From: Bdellovibrionales bacterium | GTDB lineage: Bacteria > Bdellovibrionota > Bdellovibrionia > Bdellovibrionales > UBA1609 | Direction of reading: 5' to 3' | Length of the DNA: 53,250 nucleotides | Assembly (NCBI GenBank): GCA_031412575.1 | Contig: JANODG010000003.1 | Location: 1-53,250 of the forward strand | Part shown: in pieces, positions 9,220 through 17,747 of the stretch | Position numbering within the stretch: position 1 is the stretch's first letter | Layout of the letters: each line of letters opens with the position of its first letter | The notes under the pieces: model-generated | What the model saw: the letters and a program-made list of their open reading frames with translations, nothing else | Databases searched by the model: none | Told to the model about the DNA's origin: nothing | Program-made: the position numbers and the translations under genes

Positions 9220-11876
9220 TTACCCAAGTTTTGCATAAAAATCTTTCCACGGGTCCACTTTTTGTGTTTTTACACGTTTGATCACTTCGGGTATACTAAA
9301 AATTTGAGGGTTTAAATTTTCGTGAACTTCGTTCCAAAACAAGGGCACCGCGACTGGTGCTCCTTCTCTGGCACGAGTGGAATAATTTAATACTGAGGTC
9401 GCCGATTTTGAATTTCTTAAGTAATCGATAAAAATTTTATTCTTCCGTAATTTTAAACTTGAATTCGTAAGATACATATCAGGTTTTGAATCGACCAAAA
9501 TTTTTGCAATGTTTAGCGAGAATTTTTTGGCTTCAGCCCAACCCATACCTTCAACATGAGATAATACATGTAAACCCTTACCGCCGGTTGTCCGAACAAA
9601 CGATTCAAGACCATGTTGTTTTAATATTAATCGAATTATGTGCGCCGTTAATGTCACTGAACTGAATTTTACCCCAGGACCTGGATCAATATCCCACACC
9701 ACATATTGTGGACGATCGGTGTCATGGATAGCGCAATTCCAAGCATGGAACTCCAAAGCTCCAAGTTGAACCATAGATGCAAGATCATCAAAAGAATCAA
9801 AGTAGGAGTAAGGCTTTTTTCCGCTCGATGTTTTTATTTTCGTTTGAAGTGGATGGCCATCATCTGGATCAACATGTTTCTGAAAAAAACAAGTTTTAGA
9901 TTTTCCCCGAGGACAACGTAAGTAACTTAGTGGACGTCTTAAACCCATTTTTTTAAATTCAGGAAAAACTAAGTGGTAATAATCCAATAGATCTTTTTTA
10001 GTGAGTTTAATCTCTTCATAAAAGACGCGCTCAGGATTAGAAAGAATCACTGAAGTTTCATAAGTATTTTGTTGGCTCTTTTCGTTTCCGATATTCATTT
10101 TTTCAATTTTCACGTTAGATTTTAGTCCCTGGGATTTTTTTGGTTTTGAATTTAATTTTTTAGCTTCATAGAATTTATCAGCCCGAAGACCAAGGAATAC
10201 AGGATGGCGAAGTTTCTTTTCTCTACTTTTTTCTGTATAGCGAATCTCTGCAAAGAAATTAGGCTTGATAAAATGAGCAGATTTTTCATCACAGTTTTTT
10301 GCAGGACACTCTTTAATTTTAAGTTTGGAAATTTTCTTAAAAATTGAACTTAATTTTTGATCGTCAAAACCCGTGCCTACTTTACCTCTATAGTGTAGTT
10401 CACCGTCTATTTCCTCAGCCAACAGTAAGGCTCCAAAAAAATCGCGATGACCTTGCGGTTCCGTCCAGCCAATAACGACGTATTCTTCACGGTGACCACA
10501 CTTTAACTTTAACCAGTTTTGCGATCGACTTTGTTGATACGGTGAATGCTTATGTTTTAAGATGACACCTTCATGACCTTCGTCACAAAGTCGATCAAGA
10601 AGTTTTTCCGTCCATTCAAACTCTTCAGAGACTGAAATAACCGGGTTTTCATTATCTTGATTTATTTCTAAAAATAACGCATTTAGTATTTGTCTGCGGA
10701 CATTTTGTTCTAAATGGATGAGTGAATAATGATCCATATAAAAAATATCAAACACTTTAAATGCAAGGCGCGCGACTTCACCATCTTTTAAATAGCCTTG
10801 TAAAGTTTGGAAGCTTTCTCTAGGTGATGGTTTAATTTTAGAATTTGGTTCCGTGGATCGTACAGTTTTACTTCTAGTTTTTTTGACCACGGAAGTTTTT
10901 TTATCATAAGCTATAATTTCACCATCGATGACAATTTGTTCAACTGGTAAGTTTTCAACAGCCTTTTTAATAGGTAAAAACTTTGAGCTCCAGTCGTGCC
11001 CGTTTCTGGTATAGAGATAAACCGAACTTTTTTTTTAAATGCTAAAATGCGATAACCGTCGTACTTGTGCTCGACCGTCCAATCTTTCATATCCAAAGGC
11101 GCTACTTCAGTCAAAGTCGCTAACTGAGGTTTTAATGTTTTAGGAAATTTTGAAGGTTTTAATTGTAAGCATGTACCAAAATCTTTATCAGTACTTTTTT
11201 GATGATCAATGTGTTTTTCGGTTTTTTTGTGAGTGTTTCTTTCGGTTTCTATAATTTCGCTTTCGTCATCTACAAAGTCTTTAAATTGGCGACCTGTGGC
11301 TACGCTGGTTTGCCAAGCTAAACTTATATATGAATCTGAATTAGGGTTTGAATCCAATTTTATCTTTTCAGACCAACCCTCAATGGCATATTTGTCTTTT
11401 TCTTTCACTAAAAGCCATGGCGATTTTGTTGATTTACTTTTTTTATCACCTTTCATTTTAATCAAATTCCAAATGCCTCTTAGCCTTATGCCTTTCATGT
11501 AAAACTTTAGATGACCTTTTTCCAAAGCGACCTTCACGTTTTTAACTAAGGGGCGCCATGTTCCCACATCCCACATCATGGATGGACCAGCGCCATAAGT
11601 GACTTCAGGGATCACACCTTCAAAAGATTTATATTCCACGGGGTGATCTTCCGTTTTAACAGCTAAACGTTTATCTTTTGGATCGAAGGAGGGACCTTTA
11701 GGAACAGCCCATGACAAAAGCACACCTTGCCATTGAAGCCTTAAATCAAAATGTAATCTTTTGGCATCATGGAAATGAATCATAAAATCTTTAGACAGGG
11801 ATTTTGAAGCTGTACCCTTTGGTTCAGACGTTTTTAAAAAATTTCTTTTTTCGTTATAAGAACTTAGTTTTTTCAT
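9220..11876 (-). pseudogene. ligD: Multidomain ATP-dependent DNA ligase LigD (phosphoesterase-ligase-polymerase), split into two ORFs by a frameshift in an A9 run
   Basis: ORF 10911-11876 carries the PE domain (HFHDAKRLHFDLRLQ, WAVPKGPS) and ligase motif I (EHKYDGYR). It goes out of frame right after ILAFKKK. Shifting one base in the A9 tract gives ...KKSSVYLYTRNGHDWSSKFLPIKKAVENLPVEQIVIDGEIIAYD..., which is continuous with ORF 9220-10890. That ORF holds the rest of the ligase/OB domains plus the primase-polymerase domain (DIDPGPG, TTGGKGLHV, IFIDYLRN). Confidence 0.85.
11028..11036 (-). other. A9 homopolymer (T9 on plus strand) at the ligD frameshift point
   Basis: Minus strand reads GCA TTT AAA AAA AAA GTT. 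The downstream frame is closed by TAA immediately 5' of the run, so the two frames can only be joined within these 9 nt. Confidence 0.85.
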
Positions 11877-11969
11877 AAGCAGTAACCCTTCATAGGTTTA
11901 ATTTTTTAAGCGTTTTAAATGAGTAAACTCATCTTTTTTTCGCCAACTATATTCCCTTGATTATTCAAG

Positions 11970-12782
11970 CTACCTGGCTTTATTAATTTTCAAACTTTTT
12001 TCAAGAAGTTCAGTGATATTGATCACATTACTTTTTGGAGTTTCGATAGTTTCTGATTTTTTAGATTTAGAGGTCTTCTTTGAAGATTTCTTTCGGCTTA
12101 AACTCTTTACGTATTTTTTCAAAGCCACTTTGTATTCGTCTTTGAACTCTTCGGGACTCCAAGCACTAGACAAAGAATCCACTAAATCACTGGCAAGCTT
12201 TTGTTCCTTAGTCGAGATCCTTACAGCTTTTACATCTTTGATAAATTCAAATTCAGATAAATCTTTTAAGTCTGGTTTAAATCTCAACAGATTTAAAATA
12301 AGTGCATTTCCCTCTGCAATGATAGCCCCTAAGTGTTCACGGGTCTTTATTGTGACTTTACCTAACGCCGCCTTTTTTTTAGATTCCAAAGTTTTGTATA
12401 ATAAGGAATAGCTTTTTTCGGCTTTTTTGCCAGGAGCTAATACATAAGGCTTATCAAAGTAGTAATAGGGAATTTCCTCGACATCAACAAACTCCGTCAA
12501 TTCTATAGTTTGTGTGGACTTAAGTTGAATACCTTTTAAAGTTTCTTTATCGAGTGTGAGATAAACATCTTCCGAAATTTTATAACCCTTTGTGATATTC
12601 TTCCAAGGCACTTCTTTGCCTGTGTCTGCATTAATCTTTTTATACTGAATTCTTGCCTGGTCGCGACCATCAATCATATTAAGATCAATATTATCTTTTG
12701 TGTTTTGCATTGATAATAATTCAATAGGTATATTAATCAAACCAAAACTTATATTGCCATCCCATATTGCTCTTGCCATCAA
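11970..12782 (-). CDS. ku: Non-homologous end-joining protein Ku
   Basis: N-terminus MARAIWDGNISFGLINIPIELLS and a Lys-rich C-terminal tail (KKSSKKTSKSKK) are typical of bacterial Ku. The gene is adjacent to ligD. Confidence 0.9.
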   Translation of the reverse strand: MMARAIWDGNISFGLINIPIELLSMQNTKDNIDLNMIDGRDQARIQYKKINADTGKEVPWKNITKGYKISEDVYLTLDKETLKGIQLKSTQTIELTEFVDVEEIPYYYFDKPYVLAPGKKAEKSYSLLYKTLESKKKAALGKVTIKTREHLGAIIAEGNALILNLLRFKPDLKDLSEFEFIKDVKAVRISTKEQKLASDLVDSLSSAWSPEEFKDEYKVALKKYVKSLSRKKSSKKTSKSKKSETIETPKSNVINITELLEKSLKINKAR

Positions 12783-12952
12783 AAGAATATAGCAGCAAAT
12801 TATTTAAACTAGTTTCATTTAATATATATAGAATGTGTAGATAAAAACACATTTAAGGTTTTAGTGTTTTTAATCCTGAATTTTAGAATGAAAAATGTTA
12901 CACTTTATAACTCGTAGTACTAATATTTTTTATAGTAAAAGAAGGATTCATT

Positions 12953-13468
12953 ATGATTAAACCAAGTTTAAATGCAGGTGCATTATCGGGCGTTATCGCA
13001 ACTTTTCCGATGAGTGTTGTGATGTTGGCTGGAAAAAGAATATTCCCGAAAACGATTGACAACATTCCACCTGAATCTGTGGCCAAATCTATTTTGGACA
13101 AATCAAGTTTAAATACAGAAACCTTAGAAAAAACTAAATTAGTTGAGCCTATTGTTTGGAGCAGTCACTTCGCCTATGGCATGGCTGCAGGTTCAATGTA
13201 TCCTTTATATAGATCTATATTACCAACAAAAGTAAGCGAGATAAAAGCTGGAGCGTCTTATGGGCTTTTAGTTTGGGCCGCTAGTTATTGGGGTTGGTTG
13301 CCGGCAACACACGTTTTACCAGCTCCTCAGGAAACAAAGGCTTCAGATAACGTCACTAGAATTGTTTCCCATGTTGTATGGGGTGCGGTTTTGGGATTAT
13401 GTTTTAATCTTTTAAGAAGTAAGGTTGAAAAAATTGAACCCTTAAAAGGAAAAGAAAAGTATTTTTAG
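12953..13468 (+). CDS. Hypothetical integral membrane protein
   Basis: 171-aa ORF with several hydrophobic helices (GALSGVIATFPMSVVMLAG, LLVWAASYWGWL, VVWGAVLGLCFNLL). Divergent from ku. Confidence 0.5.
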   Translation: MIKPSLNAGALSGVIATFPMSVVMLAGKRIFPKTIDNIPPESVAKSILDKSSLNTETLEKTKLVEPIVWSSHFAYGMAAGSMYPLYRSILPTKVSEIKAGASYGLLVWAASYWGWLPATHVLPAPQETKASDNVTRIVSHVVWGAVLGLCFNLLRSKVEKIEPLKGKEKYF

Positions 13469-13501
13469 AAGTATCACTTAGACTTTTTACGAATTAAAGG
13501 A

Positions 13502-14620
13502 TTAAGCTTTTTTGCAACTTAAGTTTAACAAAATTCCAAATAGCAAACAGGTGGATAAAAGTGAACTTCCACCGTAACTCATAAAGGGTAAAGATAGTCC
13601 CTTAGTAGGTAATAATCCTAGGACTACACATATATTCAAAAAAACTGAATATGAAAATAAAGTCACAAGGCCAAATGCAATCACTCGACGCTGATCTTCC
13701 ACTTGAGTTAATGTGTTTTGAAGGCCTCTAACGATTAATGTGCCTACTAAAATCATGAAAACTGCGAAACCAAAAAAGCCCCACTCTTCGCCAATGACAG
13801 CCATAGTGAAATCCGTGTGTGCTTCAGGCAGAAAATAAAGTTTCCCTTGGCCCTCGCCCACGCCACGACCAAAAAGACCTCCACTTCTAAAACTTAATAA
13901 ACTTTGAATGATTTGAAATCCAGAGCCTTTAGGATCAGCCCATGGATCCATAAAAGACTGAAGTCGTTTTAAACGATAAGGTTCGGCTCTTAAAAGTAAA
14001 ACAGCAATAAACACAAATGTACTAAACACTGCAATCACTGGCCATAAAGGTCTATAGAAAGTAAATAACAAAATGAGTAAAACCCAACTCATTAAAACAA
14101 AAGATCCGAAATCAGGTTGAAACATAAATAAACCAAAAGGCAAAATCAAAAATAGAATTCGAAATAAATTATTTTCAGAAAAAAACTTTTCCTCTTGAAC
14201 TTTCAAAATCCAAAAACTAAAGGGAAATAAAATAAAAACTTTAATAAATTCCGAAGGCTCGATCCTAAAACCTAAAGGCAAAGACAACCATCGGTGAGCC
14301 CCACCTGCTCTAACGCCAATTCCAGGAATCAAAGTTAGGGCCAAGCCAACTAAAATCAAAAAGTAAGAGTAATAACAAAGCTTAATCAAAGCCGAAGTTT
14401 TTAACTTCACAATAAATAAAATCAATCCCAAGCCAAACAAAGTAAATAACAACTGCTTTTTAACAAAGAACAATCCATCATCTTTTAAATCCGTCGCTAA
14501 GATATAGCTCGAAGAATAAACTTGAATTAATCCAAACCCTAACAGAAAAAAAATCGTCCACAACGACAATCGATCTATCACTTCAAATTCCGAAAACAAT
14601 TTCTTAAAAATAAACGTCAT
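13502..14620 (-). CDS. ftsW: Peptidoglycan glycosyltransferase FtsW (SEDS family)
   Basis: Polytopic SEDS protein with PSEFIKVF, EAHTDF and LPFMSYGGSSLL motifs. dcw context favours FtsW over RodA. Confidence 0.9.
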   Translation of the reverse strand: MTFIFKKLFSEFEVIDRLSLWTIFFLLGFGLIQVYSSSYILATDLKDDGLFFVKKQLLFTLFGLGLILFIVKLKTSALIKLCYYSYFLILVGLALTLIPGIGVRAGGAHRWLSLPLGFRIEPSEFIKVFILFPFSFWILKVQEEKFFSENNLFRILFLILPFGLFMFQPDFGSFVLMSWVLLILLFTFYRPLWPVIAVFSTFVFIAVLLLRAEPYRLKRLQSFMDPWADPKGSGFQIIQSLLSFRSGGLFGRGVGEGQGKLYFLPEAHTDFTMAVIGEEWGFFGFAVFMILVGTLIVRGLQNTLTQVEDQRRVIAFGLVTLFSYSVFLNICVVLGLLPTKGLSLPFMSYGGSSLLSTCLLFGILLNLSCKKA

Positions 14621-14860
14621 ATCCCTATTTAACGACTTTCAAACCCAAAAGACAATTCTAGACCCAAACGAAACAAAGCCAAAAACCCAAACCAAAATAC
14701 TCACCCATCAAATCAAAATCCCAAAAAAACAAAAACCACCTAGACCAAACTCCTAAACTCCCATCCGGCCACAAAAAAATTTAATATTCCCCGAAATCCC
14801 TAATCCTAGAACGGAAGTAAAAGAAATCTTACATCTGTTGAAATTGAATTTTGTCCTTGG

Positions 14861-15076
14861 GTTTTGTTGGGCTTGGGTTTTGTGAGAGTTTGATTTAGCT
14901 TATAGATATATTTCTGAGTTCGGATTGGCGTGCAGTTTGCCCTATGAATAAAAAAAGAGGAACCATTTGGTTCCTCTTTTTTTATTCACTACGTACAAGC
15001 GCATGCCAACCGCATGTCTGAAGAAATAAATCTATAAGCTAAATCAAACTCTCACAAAACCCAAGCCCAACAAAAC
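14861..15076. repeat. 216-bp palindromic element (MITE/REPIN-like) with perfect 46-bp terminal inverted repeats
   Basis: 14861-14906 (GTTTTGTTGGGCTTGGGTTTTGTGAGAGTTTGATTTAGCTTATAGA) is the exact reverse complement of 15031-15076, checked base by base. Imperfect pairing continues inward to a central hairpin. Confidence 0.85.
14950..14983. terminator. Bidirectional intrinsic-terminator-like hairpin
   Basis: AAAAAAAGAGGAACCA-TT-TGGTTCCTCTTTTTTT. The GC core is GAGGAACC/GGTTCCTC, with an A7 run on one side and a T7 run on the other, so a U-tract follows the stem on either strand. It lies at the centre of the palindromic element between murD and ftsW. Confidence 0.7.
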
Positions 15077-15090
15077 TCACAGAACAAAGC

Positions 15091-16476
15091 CTATTTCAAC
15101 TGACGAACGATTTCTTTAAAATAGTTCCCACGTTCACGATAGTCATCAAACATATCAAAGCTCGAAGCCCCTGGTGATAACAGAACAGTGTCGTTGATTC
15201 TAGATTTTGAATAGGCCATGTGAACAGCTTCATCAAAAGTTCCAATCAAGAAAGTTTCACTGTAATCGCCAATGTCTCTGTTGATTTTTTCTTTCACTTC
15301 ACCGTAAAGAATCAAAGTTTTAACTTTCTTTCTAATTTCGTCTTTTAGCGGTGCGTAGTTCAAACTTGTGTCCTTACCACCCATGACTAAAATGATATTT
15401 TCATCAAAGGCTTTAAGTGCGCGCATAACTGCATGCACATTAGTCGCTTTAGAGTCGTTGTAAAATTCAACGCCACCAACTTTTCTGACGTACTCAAGAC
15501 GATGTTCAATACCAGTAAAAGAATCAATCACTTCTTGAATGGCTTCATGGGTTGCTCCATGTTCACGTACCGCAAGAATAGCCGCCATCATATTTTCAAT
15601 GGCATGAAATCCACGAAGCTTGATGTTTTTTACAGAAAACACTTCGATGTCTGGACCTGTTCTGACTTTAATTTCGTCGTTGATTTGAACAGCACCACCA
15701 ATGTTCATGATTTGCGGCTCTAAAGATGATTTTCTAGAAAAATAATAAATCACACCTCTTTGCACTGCCGGGTCACGAGCTAACTCAACCACCGCATTGT
15801 CATCGGCATTTAAGATGCTTGATGTTTCAGAACTCGTGTTAAGAAAAATCTTTCTTTTGGCATTGATGTAATCTTCCATAGATTTATGACGATCTAAATG
15901 GTTTTCCGCTAAGTTCATAAAGACAATATTTTTTGGTGCGAATTCTACAACATGTTCAAGCATAAAACTTGAAGCTTCAACGATCAACACATCTGCTTTT
16001 TGGTCTTCGTTGAAATACGTCACCATTGGTTTTCCGTAATTTCCACCAACCCAAACTTTTTTACCAGACTTTTGAAGCATTTCATGAATTAAAGATACAG
16101 TCGTTGTTTTACCGTTAGTCCCAGTCACAGCGATAATTGGCTCTTGCACGAAGCGAGAAGCGAATTCAAATTCCCCTGTCACTTGTACACCATTGCTTTT
16201 CGCATAATCGAAAATTTTAAGTTGCGGAGAAATTCCTGGGCTTAAAATAATTAAGTCTTGCTGCAAAAATATTTTAGGTGAATGATTTCCTAAATCAAAA
16301 TTGATTTGTAGGTCTTCAATTTCTTCTAAGTGATTAGCTAATTCTGCTTTTGATTTGTGATCGCTCACTGTAACAACAGCACCATTTTTAACTAAAAATC
16401 TAGCTAGGGAAACCCCGGTCTTTGCTAAACCAACAATAAGAATTTTTTTATCTTTTAATTCTGCTAAACTGTGCAT
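15091..16476 (-). CDS. murD: UDP-N-acetylmuramoylalanine--D-glutamate ligase
   Basis: N-terminal Rossmann motif (ILIVGLAKTGVS) and the Mur ligase P-loop VTGTNGKTTTVSL. dcw position. Confidence 0.95.
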   Translation of the reverse strand: MHSLAELKDKKILIVGLAKTGVSLARFLVKNGAVVTVSDHKSKAELANHLEEIEDLQINFDLGNHSPKIFLQQDLIILSPGISPQLKIFDYAKSNGVQVTGEFEFASRFVQEPIIAVTGTNGKTTTVSLIHEMLQKSGKKVWVGGNYGKPMVTYFNEDQKADVLIVEASSFMLEHVVEFAPKNIVFMNLAENHLDRHKSMEDYINAKRKIFLNTSSETSSILNADDNAVVELARDPAVQRGVIYYFSRKSSLEPQIMNIGGAVQINDEIKVRTGPDIEVFSVKNIKLRGFHAIENMMAAILAVREHGATHEAIQEVIDSFTGIEHRLEYVRKVGGVEFYNDSKATNVHAVMRALKAFDENIILVMGGKDTSLNYAPLKDEIRKKVKTLILYGEVKEKINRDIGDYSETFLIGTFDEAVHMAYSKSRINDTVLLSPGASSFDMFDDYRERGNYFKEIVRQLK

Positions 16477-16570
16477 TTGTTATTTACTCCTATAAATAAT
16501 TTTTAATATTGAAAGACTATTTTTAATAAATTTTAAAAAAATGCTTTAATTTAAATACCTTTAACTAATC

Positions 16571-16595
16571 ATTCAGATAAATTATTTATCTGAAT
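16571..16595. promoter_or_regulatory. Perfect 25-bp palindrome in the mraY-murD spacer (candidate operator or RNA hairpin)
   Basis: ATTCAGATAAAT-T-ATTTATCTGAAT: 12 of 12 positions pair around a single central base. Confidence 0.3.
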
Positions 16596-16611
16596 ATTTT
16601 GTCTAAGTTAC

Positions 16612-16645
16612 TTACCTAATTAACTTACCTAAATAATTTACCTAA
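16612..16645. repeat. Three direct repeats of TTACCTAA at an exact 13-bp period
   Basis: Copies at 16612-16619, 16625-16632 and 16638-16645. The last overlaps the mraY stop codon (16638-16640). Confidence 0.6.
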
Positions 16646-17714
16646 GTTTCAAAGTCGCTAGTGACAATACAGCCAACAAAATTGAAATAATCCAAAAGCG
16701 AACAATGATTTTTGATTCTGGCAAACCTTGAAGTTCAAAATGGTGATGTATTGGTGCCATTTTAAAAATACGTTTTTTACGAAGTTTAAAAGAAGCCACT
16801 TGAGTAATCACCGAAAGCGCTTCGACGACAAATACGCCGCCCAACAAAACCATTAGAATTTCATTTTTAGTAAGAACCGCAAGTATTCCTAAGTAACCAC
16901 CTAAACTTAAACTTCCAACATCACCCATAAACACTTGAGCAGGGTAAGAGTTAAACCATAAAAATCCCATTCCAGAAGCAATCAAAGCGGCACCTAAAAT
17001 TGTAAGCTCACTTGCACCTGCTACAAAAGGAATCTGCAAGTATTCAGCAATTTCAGAATGTCCAGCGACATAACTAAAAATCATTAGCGCACTTGCAGAC
17101 ACCATGACCGGCACAATCGCAAGTCCATCTAAACCGTCTGTAAAATTGACGGCGTTCGCACAACCGACAACAACTAATCCAGAAAAGATCACGTAAAACC
17201 AACCCAAATCTAAAGTGACATTTTTAAAAAATGGAAAGTTTAAGACAGAAGTGTTCGGGTCAACATAGACCAATGTACCAACAACTAAAAAAACTGTAGA
17301 GAACTCCGCAAGAAGTCTTATCTTCCCAGATAAACCTTTGGTATTTTTTTTACTCACTTTTAAGTAATCATCAATGTAACCAATCACTCCAAAAATTAAA
17401 GTGACTATGTACACAGCCCAAACCAACGGATTTTTGAGATCTACCCAAAGTAAACTAGGGATAAAAAAACTTACCATGATCAGTCCACCACCCATTGTTG
17501 GTGTACCTTGTTTTTTTAAATGTGACTGTGGCCCGTCGTCACGGATAGATTGCTTTCTTTGCTTGTTAGCAAGACCGCGAATAAAAAAAGGCCCCCAAAT
17601 TAAACAAAGAAAAAATGAACTAAAAAAAGTGACGAATGATCTTGTAGTTACATATCTTAAAACATTGGCCCAACTGTCATCGAGACCAAATGTTTGAATC
17701 AGTTGATAAATCAA
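16638..17714 (-). CDS. mraY: Phospho-N-acetylmuramoyl-pentapeptide transferase
   Basis: [24 protein letters not shown] and APIHHHFEL motifs. Confidence 0.95.
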   Translation of the reverse strand: MIYQLIQTFGLDDSWANVLRYVTTRSFVTFFSSFFLCLIWGPFFIRGLANKQRKQSIRDDGPQSHLKKQGTPTMGGGLIMVSFFIPSLLWVDLKNPLVWAVYIVTLIFGVIGYIDDYLKVSKKNTKGLSGKIRLLAEFSTVFLVVGTLVYVDPNTSVLNFPFFKNVTLDLGWFYVIFSGLVVVGCANAVNFTDGLDGLAIVPVMVSASALMIFSYVAGHSEIAEYLQIPFVAGASELTILGAALIASGMGFLWFNSYPAQVFMGDVGSLSLGGYLGILAVLTKNEILMVLLGGVFVVEALSVITQVASFKLRKKRIFKMAPIHHHFELQGLPESKIIVRFWIISILLAVLSLATLKLR

Positions 17715-17747
17715 TGGTGTTTCCTTTGAAGAGATTCAAGGGCTACA

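Noticed and set aside
10891-10910. Treating the two ligD ORFs as separate stand-alone genes (a PE protein and a ligase/polymerase protein)
   Set aside because: The break falls inside the ligase catalytic domain, between motif I KYDGYR and the LYTRNG/IDGE motifs. The downstream ORF's first Met is well inside the domain. A single frameshifted gene explains the data better.
14640-14810. G-quadruplex on the minus strand of the C/A-rich tract
   Set aside because: GGG runs exist (for example TTTGGGTTTTTGG and GTTTGGGTCT), but they are few and separated by long, irregular loops. This does not support a canonical G4.
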